Shown here piece after piece: positions 24,307 through 40,184 of a stretch of DNA of 64,000 nt. How positions within the stretch are numbered: position 1 is the stretch's first letter; the number at the start of each line of letters is the position of its first letter. A program made the position numbers and the translations under genes. The notes under the pieces are model-generated. The model did not search any database and was not told the DNA's origin. It saw only the letters and a list, made by a program, of their open reading frames with translations. The DNA is from Lingula anatina (taxonomy: Eukaryota; Animalia; Brachiopoda), in the NCBI GenBank assembly GCA_051362555.1, contig CM120644.1, forward strand, positions 3,852,954-3,916,953. Direction: 5' to 3'.

Positions 24307-25640
24307 CTTGACATTTAATATGGAATATTTCAGTTTCGAAGGTATGCCTAGGTAAAATGAGTTCTTTTTTAAAAAAACACCGATCTCACATAAAATTTGT
24401 GAATGGAGAATTGTGAAGTCAGGTTTGCTGCTACCAATTAAATGACTTCCATGTCTGTTGCGCTGCTACATTATGTAATATGCAGTGATTTAATTGGATA
24501 GTGTTCCTTTGGGCTGGTCAAAGCTTGGCTTAGGCAAAGGTTGGTTCTGTCAAAAAAGTATCCATATGTCGGCAACTACTGCATAGAAGAATTTTAAATT
24601 TTGCATGCAAGTGGTCAGTTTTGCAGTGCGTAAAATGAGCTAGTAGTGCTTTACAAATTTGTTAATATGTGGCAGAATGGCGCGAAAAAACACAGACATT
24701 ACCAGGCACATTATAGCGCCAAACGGAATGGTCCGCACAGTTTTATTGAGCAATGCCCAGACTGATGTACGTACACAGAGGTCACACCCAATGCATCGAA
24801 ATCTTACCTCTAGGGTACAGGACCCACTGTCTGTCGGGATATGCTGCTGCAACTAAACAAAAACCAACCAGTCCGTGCAGAACGAGGGGTAAATTGCCAC
24901 AAAAATGCGTTTTTCAAGGCCCTTAGTGAACACCAAAGTGGTTTTAGCAGGTTAGAATACCAGACGACCTCCAAGGTACCCACTGTAAACAGCAAAACAT
25001 CGTCCTCTGTTTCTCTAATGAATTGGGGGCCATGGCCGTTTCTGGGTAGAACACTGAAACCGCATGGCTTTCTTTATTGAGGTCAGATTTCACCTGTACC
25101 GCCCAACTAGTCAAAACAGAGTTTACAGACATCCAGAAGAGGCCTACGACGAAGCATGTGCCGCATCTAAAGTGACACGGGTCATTAACAGCGTCAGTAT
25201 TTGGAGTGGATACCACACTGGTGCCAAAACACCAATGGTAGTCATCGACGAAAACCTGAATCAGATCAAATAAAGGAATATTCTGGGAATCACTTGGCTA
25301 TCATTTGATAGGGGGCACCTAAGGAACAAATTTAGGTTGCACGGTGAGATTACCGGTTCACACAGAGCACTTTTAAAAGCAGTTAACTTACAGAACCAAG
25401 GGAATGGCCGGCTATCCTGGTCATCAAAATCGCCACATTTGAACCCCATACACAATATGTGGGTAGACCATTACTCGCTGAATCAACGGCCCACATGTCC
25501 TACAACAAAACTGGGCCAAAATGGACAATTTTTTACCGATGCCTGGAATGTTATTCCAGATTGAACTCTAAAAACCTATCCCAGGTAATGCTTTGCCGCT
25601 TGAGAGCGCTGGTTACAGCCAGAAGAGGCCAGGCGTAACA
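24303..25640 (+). mobile_element. Degenerate Tc1/mariner transposon next to a (TA)n tract (family members ~38645-38910, ~46562-47635)
   Basis: Pieces EVRFHLY...RVYRHPEEAY...SVSIWSG...MVVIDENLN and WSSKSPHLNPIHNMW match Tc1 DDE-domain motifs; shared terminus (C/G)AGACTTGACATTTAATAT after TA. Confidence 0.78.
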
Positions 25641-27125
25641 GCGACCGTTACTATGACTACACACTGACATGAGGGTCCTTTGTGGAGTGTGTAACTCTTT
25701 CACAGACGATAATTTGGAAAATATGGAGATCCAAAATGTCTATTTTAATGGATGTCGAATAGATAATCTAACTCGGGTATTATCTTTTGCGAAAGTTGAA
25801 CTCAGGTTCTTTTGGAGGTGATCTTCCAGTGATTCCCTATATTAAAGAAGCTGTGAAATAAAGAAAAGTGTATTTAAGGAGGCAGTGCCAGTAAATGTGG
25901 ATAGTTAGCAAAGGTTTGACACTGCAACAAAGAAAAAATTAGTAAGCTTATGACATGTAAAAGGGTGTCCACTATCATTACACTGGCCGCATTTATACAA
26001 AATACCTCTAATACACGATGGCTTTTCTCATCTGAAGTTAAACCAGGCGCCATCAACATCATTAATACATGTTGTAATTGAACGTTTTGTATCGTGATTT
26101 AATGTTATATCCTTATATAATTTAGATTCATACGTGCATTTTAACCAATTGGAGCATGAGATAAATAAATATTGTATTGTATGCGAAGGTGCTTGTTATT
26201 TGATGATGTAATTCAAATCAGTCGAGGCGACGTGGATTTGCTTTTACAATCTGACAAGCTTAGGTAAGATTTTGAGAAATGATATCTCAACTGTTATCGT
26301 TTTAAGTTAATGAGAGTATGCTATGTGCAGGTAGGGTTTTAACAAGGGATGGGGCGGGAGGGGGGACGGAAGTACAAGGGGGGCAGGTGGGTCTTAACAT
26401 TGTGACTTTTTTTATTGTAAAGACAGGGAAGGCACTCAAAATAATACGCACACGGGATAACTACAGACTTGACCATTTTAGTTTCACAGGTATGAGTAGG
26501 TATAAAATGTATGATTTATTTCTTAAACGTGTATTTCATGAGAATAGACAAATATGTAGTCAGCTGTGACAGTAACAATTAAGTGACTGCCAAATTCTGA
26601 AGTACTGCTGCATTTCGTAATGCGTGGTGATTTCTTTGGGTGATACTTTTTGGGCTGGTCCAAGTATGACTGTGGCCCAACATAATTTAGTCCAAAAGTC
26701 TCAATATTTCGGCAACGCGTGTTACAGTATTAATTGTTGCTCAGCGCCAGAATGACAACATACAGACAGGCATTGCCAAAACAGATCGTTGTATCCAAGG
26801 AACGGTCCGCACAGTCATACAAAAGTATGCCCAGACTGGTGTACCTACACAGAGGCCACGCCCAGGGTATCCGAACTTATTTATTTCCAAGTTACCCAGG
26901 CTCTGTACGAAAACTGAAGCAGTGCAGTGCTCTGGAACAACAATCTGGGGGAATGTTTTTCAGACTAAAATCGGTGTCAGGCAGGGCTGCACACTATCTG
27001 TGACCCTTTTATCGTATGAAACCGAATCCAGGAATATGTTTGTATATGGATGATTTCTACCTGTTCATTTATGTATTCATTTGCTTTAAATTTGTAGGCT
27101 ATTTGCAGCAGACCAACATTTGAAC

Positions 27126-27539
27126 ATGGGACGAACATTAGGAAGAAACCTGTTTACAATCTTTACAATCAGTGTAATCATACTACTGCTGATTGTGAAC
27201 TACGATTTAAAGCAAAAATGCACGGCGTCAGTGGAGAAACAGCTGGTAGGCCTACTTTGTTTATAATGCTGAAAGCATGTATATTTCCTTCTTTGACTTT
27301 TCGAATGATATATCTTAATGCTATATTTCAATAGAACTTTTGAATTGGTTTCAAGATTAAGACAGGTTTTTCAAGCTTTACATTTTTCGAAGGGACGCAC
27401 GAAGCAATAAAGAAGAGTTATTACATAACCGTAGAATTTAAGAAGTACAGAAATGAAATAAAAAACACGATAAAATGTATGATTTGGTTTGATTGTTGTT
27501 CTTCAAATATACCAATCTAGAGATGTTATGTGACCATTG

Positions 27540-27599
<60 letters not shown>

Positions 27600-28926
27600 G
27601 GTGACAGTTTATTTTCCTGCACGTAAAGATTGAACTAACATAGTACGAATGATATACTCTTGCCTTTCTATTTCCTTTAGGTACCGGAAAAAAGCAAAAG
27701 CAATGATGTTCAATTGACCAAAGGTAGCCTACAACAAATATTTTTTGTAACAAACTGGATTTGCCTCATGTTAATGAAGTAAACAAGTCGCGGAACATTC
27801 TCATATTAATCATCAACTAACATGTACATGTGCACTGCCGTCAGAACACAATGAAATTCATACAAGGTTTTAATGATGTTCTTTTTGATGTATTAGAGTG
27901 AAAAAATGTTAATAAAATAATTCAGTTAAGAGATATAGGTAAATCGAAGAATATGCATCGTGTATCAAAGTGCGCATTAATTCTTCAAAGCATAGAACAT
28001 ATGTGAAACACTGTAACTTTGTTACTGGTTTTTCAGCAGGGAACAAGATGGGTTACATAAGAGCTGATACAGCAAGCGTCCATTCCCTCCCACCCTGTGG
28101 CCAAGTTTGCAATTTCTCCATGCATAAGAAAAAAGAAGACATCTTTCTAAGAAAAGACTTCAACTGTAAGAATATATTTCTCAGATTAAAGAATCCACCC
28201 GGGAAAGTTTTCATACCGCCCCTGAAAGAGCCGCCACCAGAGCTGCTTCTGGATTTCACACAGAATGGCAGTTTGGTGTTGAGTCCAAGGTACATAGATG
28301 ACACACGCGAGGGTCGAACGGCAGAGTTTAAATCGGAACGAATTAAAGGTCTCCTAGCTGATGATAAAGTGAAAAGCATTGCCAAATATGGCCGACAGGG
28401 CGTTGGCTACAAGGAGGTCCTCTCCAAATACCAAGGTCAACTGAAAGGCAAGTCAGGAATGGTTATTGGAAGTAAAAGTCCTTGGGTTGAAGTCATTTTA
28501 TTAAACCTTGGTGTAAAACACGTGACAACTGTTGATTACAACCCTGTTTTCTTCGACCACCCACAGCTGTCTTTTGAGTTTATGTCAGATTTAGCGGATA
28601 GAATCACCAAGAACCAATCGCTCCGAATGGATTTTGCTGCTTCCTTTTCCTCTTTGGAACACTCTGGCCTTGGTCGCTACGGGGACCCCATCAATCCACA
28701 AGGCGACCTGGAGGCAGCAGCTCAAATATGGTGCATGCTCAAGCCTGGTGCGTTGTTTTATCTAGGAATACCAGTCAACTTTGGCACTCCGGAGGGCTGG
28801 TTGCTATTTAACGCGCATCGTATATACGGCGAAGCTCGGATTGAACAGATCACTGCAAATTATGAGATACTAGAACGCACGCCGGATGGAATGCATGGTG
28901 TCTTAGTCTTAAGAAAAGTGCTTTGA
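27126..28926 (+). CDS. DUF268-family protein, copy 4 (exons 27126-27245, 27681-27723, 28040-28926)
   Basis: Same exon structure and phases as copy 2; open frame; DUF268 motifs intact. Confidence 0.88.
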
Positions 28927-29183
28927 TAAAGATTAACAAAAACAACAAATTTGCTTTCGTACAATGAACCTTTAAGTGGTCTTCCAACTACAGAAATCAA
29001 CCGTCTTTTGGTTCATGAACAGTATCATTGTGCAGTATCCTCTCCATTTGCCCGATGCGTTATTTTAAAACATCTTTATTCCCATAAAAGGTTAAATATA
29101 AGTTATAGTTTAATTAAAGGTGGCAGGTCGAAGAAGCATTATACGCTCACCCTTAAAATATCAAGTTATAAAATTAGATTTAA

Positions 29184-29217
<34 letters not shown>

Positions 29218-30898
29218 GTTCAAAGAAAAGAAGAGTAACGAAGACATAAAGGACATTAAATTTTTGACATTTGAGGTGAGTTAGGAACAGGACACGAGGG
29301 GAAGGTGTTTGTGGGAGGCAATAGGCCATTAAGGAAGAGTGGATATGCGCCTGGTCATAGGAGCAGAATTGGCCACTGGGAGGCGTCTTCATTGATGACT
29401 TCAGGATTAATGGTGACAACGCACTTGCTGACAATTCTCGTCTGTTGATTCATTTTTTGTAGAAACACAGAGTTGAGAATGGATCAACCATCTCTGAACC
29501 TGGCTACTAACCCTACAGAGCACCTGAGTAATTTTTTTTGAGGGCGCGATGCATAGAAGAATGGACAACAATTCAACTTCTACAGGTAGAATGGGACAAT
29601 ACTCCACAAAACAGACCTGTATCCCTTGTCGTAGGCATGCCGCGCCACCTACAGGAGATGACTGCAGTACACCGTAATTGCGCACCCATGGCAGATACAT
29701 GGATTACAAAGAGCGCAATTTGATTCTGATTGTGTATAAATTAAAAGACATTTCGTTTTTATCTGTGTCAATTTTTACTTTTACTGAAATCACTGTGGGG
29801 AAGCATATACATATGTGAGGGGATCCATGTTCTTAATTTGAATAAAGGGTATAAATATGGATATCTTCACCGGTATTTTGACTTATAGCCCTTATCGACA
29901 GGGTAAGTGACACGAAGTATGTTACTTAAAAATAGATTGATGAAGTGAACATAAAAAACATTAGGTCTTACATTGAAACATTGGTTTACTATAGAAGTAA
30001 AAAGAAAATCCTGAGTGGGCTACTTTTCAATTTACCCCACATTGTAATGACTGTGTTTCATGCAAGCAATTTTTATATTACAAAATATGGTTTTATTCTT
30101 TAGCATCAACTCTCACTGCCATTATTACGTTTTGAATGACAAATATGACGTACAACCAATTATCTACATTTCCTCATTTTTCTCTTTAATCTTAATCTAC
30201 TATATCATGTAAGGTGTCCTTGGAAATGGGTCCTGCATGCTGTACACGTAATAGAACGAAAAGTGAGGCAACCTTACTCTACTGATGTTCATGTGCTATC
30301 ACTGGGATGAGATGTGCTAGCTGTACCTTGGCCCAGCTGCATGCGCAATCACCAACTCAACCAATGTCATTCAATCAGTCAAACAAAAAGGATGGGTGAA
30401 TTTGTGGGAATAAGATGAGCCCGCTGCCTTATAGTGTGAATTACAGTTGCTGTGAATTGGAATAGTCCTTGAAAGTGGCGGTACGGTGGCCTTAATACGA
30501 AAAATTATACCCTGTATATATTAACACCATCAGGTAAAGCCCAAATAAGACTGTGGCAGCAGCAAAGCCTCCCGTCTTATTTTTGTTCACGGCAATTTAA
30601 CCCCACTTTCTGCGTCCCGTAGTACGGCCCCGTTTAAAAGAAAAAAACTAACACTTTACGTGCCGACAACTGGCAGATCACTAAGCCTTCAATCTGCAGT
30701 CAAAGCGATGCTTGTCCCTCTTTTTTTAGGCCTCAGTGATGCTTGAGCATCCTCTCTGCGTCCCTTGAGTTACATCTGGCAGCGTCCATCATCCATCGCA
30801 TTCTATTTTGCTTTTTTCAAGATGCAGTTCTAGTCACAGTTCTTGAAGAATGCGACTTTTGAAGACGGATTCAAACATTCTATATTCTGTCAGTCGGC

Positions 30899-30946
<48 letters not shown>

Positions 30947-32949
30947 CTTGCCTCGGCGCCTTTCCAACATCCAATAATGGTCATCGGGCATATTATCAGT
31001 TCATTAAAAATAAGTTTATTCCTAATTATACTTTTCTGGAAATGCTCTGAAAAGGGCGACCGGGTTATATATATATATATATTGATGAAAAATATCAAAG
31101 AGTCCAAATATATCGAGGGACGCCCTAACAATGCCCATCGGTCTAGCAGGAGGAGTAGAATGGTCGCCACTGATAGCCGATGAAGGTACAGAGAACGCAA
31201 CGAGACTGTTCAACGGTCGCTCATGTGCATCGCAATGGACGCCGTGGGTTGTACAGGGGACGCACAGGGGCGGCAGGCAGGCAGGTCCCTCAGCGGACGC
31301 ACAGGTCGCTCGTAGGTTTGTTTACAGGTAAAATTAAGATTAGCTCGTTCAAAGGGCGCACAACGGACGCAGGCGCCTTTACGCTGAGGCATGATTTAAT
31401 TGCTTTAGCGACCGTTGAGCGTCGTGGCCACATTTTTGATCTTAAAAAGGACGTAAAGGACGAAAAAGGCCACTGTCCATTGTAAAGGGACCTTAAAATC
31501 TAAAGTCGGTCGTTCAAAGGAGGCATAAGAGACGCAGAAGCCTTGACTCTGAGACACTATTTAATTGCTTTGCAACAGTTGAGCGTCCTGACCATATTTC
31601 TGATCTTAGAAGGGACGCAGACAGGATGCCGTTCAATGTAAAGGGGGCTTTGTAAAATTACATACTGTTAAGGCTACGTGACCTAGTTGTGAAATGGCGC
31701 ATAATAAGCACAGGGATAGTATGACAGGCCTCACTTGTAAATATAGAGCTGGTTACATGTACCTGCAGAAAAGTTGACAATGATTCTCTAGGTAAATTGT
31801 GTAATAGATAATTTGACCCCTATAACCATTGCTGGCAGCGGAAAGTCTATATTGCTGTTCTGGGCCAACACAGATAGTCACTAAGGTTTGTCCATCGTAG
31901 TAAAAATTTATTTCAATGAACACTTTTATATGAAAGTATTTAAATCCAATGTGTCTGAGAGAAAAAGTTGAATTAATCTTTGCCTCAGTTTTCGGCCTAG
32001 GGACCCAATAGTATTACATATACCGGTGTGTAAGGTCAACAACTGAGGCAATTTTCAGTAACCATCCTTCAATTGGCTTATCTGCTAACCTATATATAAA
32101 TAAAACTAACGTAGTGTTTTGAATCTGTTGGTTATATAAACATTCAATCTCTCTTGTACATGTAGTAAGTATTCAAGTGACGAAGATGTCATATTAGTAT
32201 AGATAAAACTGCTGTAATGACTAATGTTTACATTTGAATTCACTGAAATTGTTAAGTGTCTGAACCTTATGTATATCCATTGGCTCAAGGTCTCCTGGCC
32301 TGATCAAGTAGAAGCGAAGTAAAAGCGTGACGTATTTCTACAGTGTATAATGTAAGGGAATACTTCCATTTGGCAATCGACTTGAATAAAAACGAAGGTA
32401 GGCTAATTAAGTTTGAACCGCAGTGCCTTTATTTAGCATTCACTTTACAGTGCTTGAAGTCTGCTTGATGGTACACTTATAGATAATTTCGGTCCTAATT
32501 TTTTTCTGAATTGCTCTACCCACGAATCATTGCTTGATTTGCCTATGTACTTGGTGTTTGGTGTTTTGTACTGTTTTGAATTATGAATGAGTTGATTCAT
32601 TTATACCTAACATTTCAGGAGATATTTTCATTTTAGAGGGGATATTGGAAAACGTGTTTTACGTCTAAATAGGTCAATTTAGTAGTTTTGTATGGTATTT
32701 AATTAGACCACAAAAATGACCTTGGGACATTATACATGTAGGAGGTGTTAAGTTCGCTTGTCTCATACCCATCGGCAAACCAAAGCGGTAGTATGAAATG
32801 GTCGTAACAACTAGGTCACATATATCCTGTGTAGTGAAAAATGATATTCATCTAGCAGTTGCTGGGCGGTAAGCCACGTTGAAAATGGGGGGTACAGTTA
32901 TACTTGCATATTTCAGTTTTTGGTCGGATTAGTTTTTGCTTTCTTTCAG

Positions 32950-35103
32950 ATGAAAATAGGCAGTGTGACGGTGACGCTGGTTGCTACCAGTATATGTCTT
33001 CTAGGACTATACCAGCTACTGTCTGGAATAACATGGCTGCGCTACAACGGATTCCTGAGACTCATACCGAGCTTTAGATTCTATTTCAAGTTGAGAAGAA
33101 ATCACACGAAGTCCAAGTTCCATGTACAAGATATACAGTCAATAACGTGCACAAACACGACAGTGAAGAGACTAGATCCGTTCCATCCCTCCGTTCTGCC
33201 ATATATTACCCATTTTCCGCCGCTCAAATGTAGACGACAGGCATCGGTGGCTGAAAGTAAAGTTGACAGAGAAGGATATTTGACGCTTATCATCAAACAC
33301 AATTCCAGGCTAACCGACAGCGTGCAGTGCTATTTTCAATACATACGACACCCGACAAATCCTTACAAAGAGGACGAGGCATTTGTTTTAAGTAAAAGGA
33401 TTTATTTACCCCCAGAAAACAGAGTAAAACTTCAGGAAGATTTCGTGTATGTTTCTTGCATTAACAGAGCCAGATACAAAGTCTATGAAAATTTCCATCT
33501 CCACATGGTAAAAAGAGATGAGCTTATTTCCAAAAAATACTCTGAAACAACGGGAAAACAACCGAGGCTGAATGTGTTAATTATGGTCAACGACGGAGTG
33601 TCGTTATCTAGCGCCGCTCGATATATTCCAAAAACGCTTCAATATCTGTCCAATGAAATGAACGGGACCATCTTTACCGGGTTTCATGCACTGGGTGAGA
33701 ATTCGTTGCCTAATATATTTCCGGTTCTGACAGGATTACCCCATTCTGAGGCCAGTATCGATGCTCCGTTCATATGGAAACATTTCTCAGAGCAGGGTTA
33801 CAAGACGTTTTACTTGGAAGACACAATAACAGCCACGATCAGTTATATAGGCGACGGATTCGCTAAACCACCAGCAGACTACTACACACATCCATTCTGG
33901 GTGGCAATGGAAAATTCGTCCTTGTATTGGGACTCGCAGACTTTCTGTCTTGGTGATATGCCTATACATCGCATTGCAATTCAATATTTGGCCAATTACG
34001 TGGAAAAACACCGATACCAGTCATATTTTGCTCTTTATTTTCTTAATGCAATAAGTCATCATTCAGACACGGTTATTCAGTTGGGAGATGAGGATTATCG
34101 ACACTTTTTAATAGACCAAAAGGGAAGAGGCTATCTTAACAACACGATAATGCTATTTATGAGTGATCATGGTTCAAGGTACTTTCTCTCTCTCTCTCTC
34201 TCTCTCTCTCAAACACACGCGTGCGCGCGCTCATACCTACACAGTCGCACACTTGCACACACGCATTTACGCATTTGTTAGCAAAAAGTCATGTTTTGAG
34301 TCCCAATTAAGACAGGGCACTTTTTTGCACTCTATTAATACTCCAAGTTTTTTTGTTATTCAAGGTTTGGGAGGATACGCTCAACCCCTATTGGTCACCT
34401 AGAAGCCAGAAACCCTATGCTAATAATGGTTCTGCCACCATGGCTCAGGCAGCAGTATCCGCACATAGCAACAGCTGTGAACTCGAATGCAGACCGACTG
34501 GTTACTCCATACGATATCCACGCCACGTTGTTGGATATCCTTCACTCGCATTTACCAACTGTCACAGAGAGTACCGATGGCAAAAAACATAAAGGCGGAT
34601 CAGGGAAAGGATTAAGTTTGTTCCGAAATCTCCCCAGCAGAAGGACGTGTGCCTCAGCAGGTATACCAGAAGACACCTGCACTTTATGTACACCACTGGA
34701 ACCAACTTTTCTAGATGTCAATTCTCAGAAAGCACACTTAATTGCCAGCACCGTATTGACCAGAATAAATGACATCATCAATGCGACATCTGAGTGCGAC
34801 TTCCTACACATTTCAAAGATTATCTATATCGCCATGATATCTGACAAGAGACCCTGTTTTACTTATAGTGTAATTATTAAGACAGTACCAGGGAGGGGAA
34901 TATTTGAAGCTTCCGTGCGTGAAACGACGGCAACGGCTTCTGTCTCCACAGAGAGCCCATACTTTGTTATCACCCCAGTCATACGACTCAGTCTCTACGA
35001 CAGCAACTGTTGCTGCACCGAAGACAATAGTATGAATAAGTATTGTCACTGTAAAATGACAACAAAACCAATGCGCAGAAAAGCCATCCCTAACGGACAT
35101 TAA
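32950..35103 (+). CDS. DUF229-family protein, copy B; exons 32950-34178, 34365-35103; 655 aa
   Basis: Near-identical to copy A; GT..AG intron at the same SDHGSR|FG position restores the frame. Confidence 0.85.
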
Positions 35104-37600
35104 AAAAATCCGAGTGCAATGAAATTGACAGTTCACCTGGCACTGCATTTACCACCAGCTACATTTGTTTCAAAAACTAGTAAAACGATTTTATAATAGT
35201 AAGATTACGGCCTATACTTAGTAATTCCATTGTTTTTTAAATTTTACTACTGCGTATATATTGACATTATAAGTTGTATTGTTTCTAATTCATTAACCAA
35301 TCTAATGAGAGTTGAGAGTCGAAAGAGTTAATGTTTTGTACCAAATTAAAGGGATTGCAACTCTTAGTATGAAATTCATATTTCATAAATGAATAAATTA
35401 TAAACAGCTAAAAAATATATAATAAATTGCACCAAAACCGCTGTTATCGCAATTATTCAGGAATTTGTGCTTGACATCAGACAACATGGACCTTCATAGA
35501 TGGCTATACCTCCGCCATAATCTCTTATTAGATTATGAAAAACTAATTGCAAAAAAAGGGGCCTAACTCTAAATGTAGGAATGGTTTCATGAACCATTGG
35601 TTAGTACCGTATAAGAAAATTGTCGTTTACCTCGGGACAATCCGTTTTTTTGTCAAAACGAACAATTGCTGTCACGTGGCTGACCTATAGTAAATAGCAG
35701 TCACTCAGAGGGGAGTTGTAGTGACTGGCTTTTTGTCTCAAAGGCAGTCATAAAGATGGCACCATATCATGGCAGAATCTGACGAAAATGTTGCTCAGTG
35801 ATGATGAGAGGCTGTTGGAGCAGACAGCAAGGCTCAGAAAATATTGTGTTGGTTTCATCTCTGTACTTGGTGGACTTGACTCCAAACTACAAATTTACCA
35901 TTTAGTTGCTCTAAGCTGTAAGTGGATCATCGGCCTGGACTTGCATTTGATACATTGTGACTTACCGACTCAGGCAATTCATTATATCCTGTCCACGCCC
36001 TCTGCCCCCCCCCCCCCCCCCCCCCCCCCCACCACCACCAAACAGCCTCTTCCTTGCAGTGACTTACTAGTCATATCTGACAAAGTTCTCCCCTTTTGGT
36101 TACAGGATGTCAGTGCCGTTCGTGATGTTCTTCATGTTGATCATAATCACTTGCCCTCTCTAGCTCTGGTCCCCAGATTATTCTTGTTCAGGTTCCATCG
36201 ATGACCACCAATTGTGTTTTGGCACTAATGTGATATCCACTCCAAATATAATTTACTACCATTTCATAGAGGGCAATTTAGGAACAATTTCTGGTTGCAT
36301 GATGCAAATGCCGGTTCGTACAGTCTACATGTAATTGCAGATAATTTACAGAACCAAGGGAATGGGCAGCTACCGTGACCATCAAAACAAGATTTTAATC
36401 CTTTTAATTTCATTCATCAGTTAGAAAAATAAAAAAAAAATGAAAAACGGCTTGCAAGAAAAAGTACATATTAAATGTCAAGTCTGTACATTCACATCCA
36501 TATGTGCATTTTCAACGGCACCTACTGGTGCGTGGTATTCATTTGATCTCATATTCTATGATAATGCAGATGCGCCAAGCTCCATTGAATTATTTCTCTG
36601 ATGCAACTTCAATTAGTTGAGAGGACGTGAATGTGCTGTAACCAGGTAATGTTATGAGCTAATGTATCTCCAATGTTAAGTTAATAACAGTATGATATGT
36701 GCAGGTAGGGCTTTAACAACTTGAGGGGGGACGGAGGTGGTACTGGGAGTAGGTGAGTGTAGACATTGTGAACTTTTTAAAATGAAAAGACAAGGAAGAC
36801 GCTCAAAATAATATTAACACGCAATAACTGCATATCTATATCGACTAAAACGAGCCCATTAAAATGACATAGGTGCCTAGTTAAACGCACCGGTGTTAAA
36901 ATTTATTGTGCAATCGGAAGGCTCAATAACTGTCTCTAAAACCAGGGCTTCAATAGCTCAGATCCTGACCATAATTTATGGGTGCATGTAGGATCAAGAT
37001 GACATAACAAACAGACTCAGACCGCGTCCTTGTCCAGTGGGAATACAATTTCCCTTCTTGCCAAACTGCTTTCCTCGGCCTCTGTCATTCGGTGACAATT
37101 GCCTTATTCGCCGATCTCCGATCTCAGCCTACGTACACTGTGCTGTGGTCGATGTAACATTAAACTGCATTTGATTAGATGTTTAGAATTGCTTTATCCA
37201 TCGAATAGCAATGTAGATGCGATATAGATGGAAGAATGTGTAGGGGAACAAAACGTTTCTGTTATGTAAAAGTAGACAGAAAATTCATCTCTCAGTGCCG
37301 TTTCCATATTGTACTTCACAAAATGTATTTATATATTTATATAAAATGAGACAATGCGCTGCAAAAAGCATAGACATACAAATACAGTTCTTGAGTCAGT
37401 CTCTATCTGAAGTTAAATATTTATTTTCATTCAAATGGAGTTTAGGAGGTATCTTGAACCGAAATTGACCAATGGTCCATTTATCTTGTGAAACCGTATC
37501 CAGGAGTATATGCATACTTGCTACGTTCGTTTACATATTTATTTGTTTTAAATTTGTAGGTTGTGATCCTAGGTTATTTGCAGTGGTGCGACATTTGAAT

Positions 37601-39152
37601 ATGAAACGAACATTAAGAAGAAACCCGTTCACACTCTTTGCAATAAGTATAATCATACTACTGCTGGTTGTGAACTATAGCTTGAAGCAAAGATGCACGG
37701 TATCAGTGGAGAAACAGCTGGTAGGCCTACTTTGTTTATAATGTTGACAACATGAAGTTATATTTCCTTCTTATAAGTATATTTGATGAGAACCTTTGCT
37801 TTTGTTTCAAGGTAAAATACGCTTATTGATCTAGTTGAAACACGCAATTTCAGTTATTATATTATTTAAAAGGACGTAACAGGCCGTACAGGCATACAAA
37901 ATATGATTATCATAAAACGAAGAATACTACTGCATGAGAAAATTTGTTTTAGGTATATTTCTTCCGCTGTACTTAGAAATTGCCACTTATGCCCACCCAA
38001 ACCATAACACTGTGTCAACTGCAATAATCAATGACACGACCCTTGCCCAGAGCAATAATGCCATGATGTAAGCGTGGCATTCAGTTTCCTAAACTTGGTT
38101 TTTCTGGTTTGATTCCAGCGTCCAATAGTATTGACTGTGGGCAACTGACTGATGTACCTACGACTTTTGACTGATTTGTGTCCGGATAAGAAGTATTCAA
38201 ATCTCGGGCTAGCCATTGTCTAGAACAACCCAAACGTGTCAGTGCTCTAGGCCTACAGCAGGACTGACATGGTCTTCTGTCACTGGATACAGTGACAATA
38301 CTAACGTGCATATTTGGGAATTTGAAGCACTGTGGTGGAGACAAAAGCTTGGGTTACTTTTAGTTTTTGCTATTATTATATAACTGGGATTGTTTCGCAT
38401 TTTTATTTCTTTCAGGTAGCACAAAACAGGAAAAACAGACAGGCTCAATTGGCCAAAGGTATGTCAATCTTACTTTTGTTACAATTGTTAAACCAAGTCC
38501 GATTACAATGAGCAATGTCTATACTACAATGTACAATCAGGTAGCCGACAATTCTCATAATAGAAAGTTTATACAAAGTTTTAAATTTGCTTATTTTGAT
38601 GTTTTAAGACACAAGGCTCATGAAATAATTAACTTAAAGAAATACAGACTTGACATTTAATATAGAATTCAATTTTCAAAAGTAAGTCTAGGTATAAAGC
38701 TTATTGTTTATAAATAACTCTTATGACATATTTAAAAAGAGAAATATGTACTCAGGTAGTCATTACTCGCTGAATCAAAGACCTCTGAACAAAACTGAAT
38801 CAAATTGAACAAGCTGTGACCGATGCCTGGAGTGTTATCCATGCTTAAATGCTTTAACTTCAGGAATCCTAAAAAAGGAGTGCCGTTTAAGAGCCCTGGT
38901 AGCAGCCAGAAAATACTATTAATTACTATTTTAATACATATGTGGGTTTAAAGGGTTGTTGCATGACTGAAAATCAGTTATTTATTATATTTGCTTAATT
39001 AAGGCTGTTCAATTGAAGATCTAGTTTCACATTGACACTAGAGAGATGATTAAAAAAAATTAAAACAGGATTTGAATCCTTGTTTTCATTTATCAGTCAT
39101 AATTAAAGGACAAACCGAAGATAAATGATTTAGAAAAATATTCAATATTAAA

Positions 39153-39200
<48 letters not shown>

Positions 39201-40184
39201 CTCTTTGAATATACAGTAAATAACAAGATGCATTAAATCTTCGCAGCATAAGATACATGATAAACATTAAGTAATTTTGTCATCGTTTCAGGGAACAGCA
39301 AAATGGGTTACTTACGGGATGATACAGACAGCACCCATTCCTTCCCACCTTGTGGTCAAATCTGCAATTTTTCCATGCATAAGAAAAAAGAAGACCTTTT
39401 CCTAAGAAAAGACTTCAACTGTAAGAATATATTTCTCAGATTAAAGAATCCACCCGGGAAAGTTTTCATACCGCCCCTGAGAGAGCCGCCACCAGAGCTG
39501 CTTCTGGATTTCACACAGAATGGTAGTTTGATGTGGAGTTCTGATTACAGGGATGGCACACGTAAAGGTCGAAAGGTACACCGTAAATCGGACGAAATCA
39601 GAACTCTCCTGGCTGATGATAAGGTGAAGAGCATCGCCAAATATGACATTCAGGGCGTTGGCTACAAGCAGCTTCTCTCCAAATACCAAGATCAATTGAA
39701 AGGCAAGTCAGGAATGGTCATTGGAAGTATAAGTCCTTGGGTTGAAGTCATTTTATTAAACCTTGGTGTAAAACACGTGACAACTGTAGATTACAACCCT
39801 GTTCTCTTTGACCACCCACAGCTGTCTTTCGAGTTTATGTCAGATTTAGCGGATAAAATCACCAAGAACCAAAAGCTTCTAATGGATTTTGCTGCTTCGT
39901 TTTCTTCTTTGGAACACTCTGGCCTTGGTCGCTACGGGGACCCCATCAATCCATATGGCGACCTGGAGGCAGCAGCTCAAATATGGTGCATGCTTAAGCC
40001 TGGTGCTTTGTTTTATCTAGGTATACCAGTCAACTTTGGCACTCCGGAGGGCTGGTTGGTATTTAATGCACATCGTATATATGGCGAAGCTCGGATTGAA
40101 CAGATCACTGCAAATTATGAGATACTCGAACGCACACCGGTTGGTAGATTGCATGGTGTCTTTGTCTTAAGAAAAGTGCTTTAA
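37601..40184 (+). CDS. DUF268-family protein, copy 5 (exons 37601-37720, 38416-38458, 39292-40184)
   Basis: Signal-anchor exon MKRTLRRNPFTLFAISIIILLLVVNY..., 43-nt micro-exon, intact catalytic exon. Confidence 0.88.
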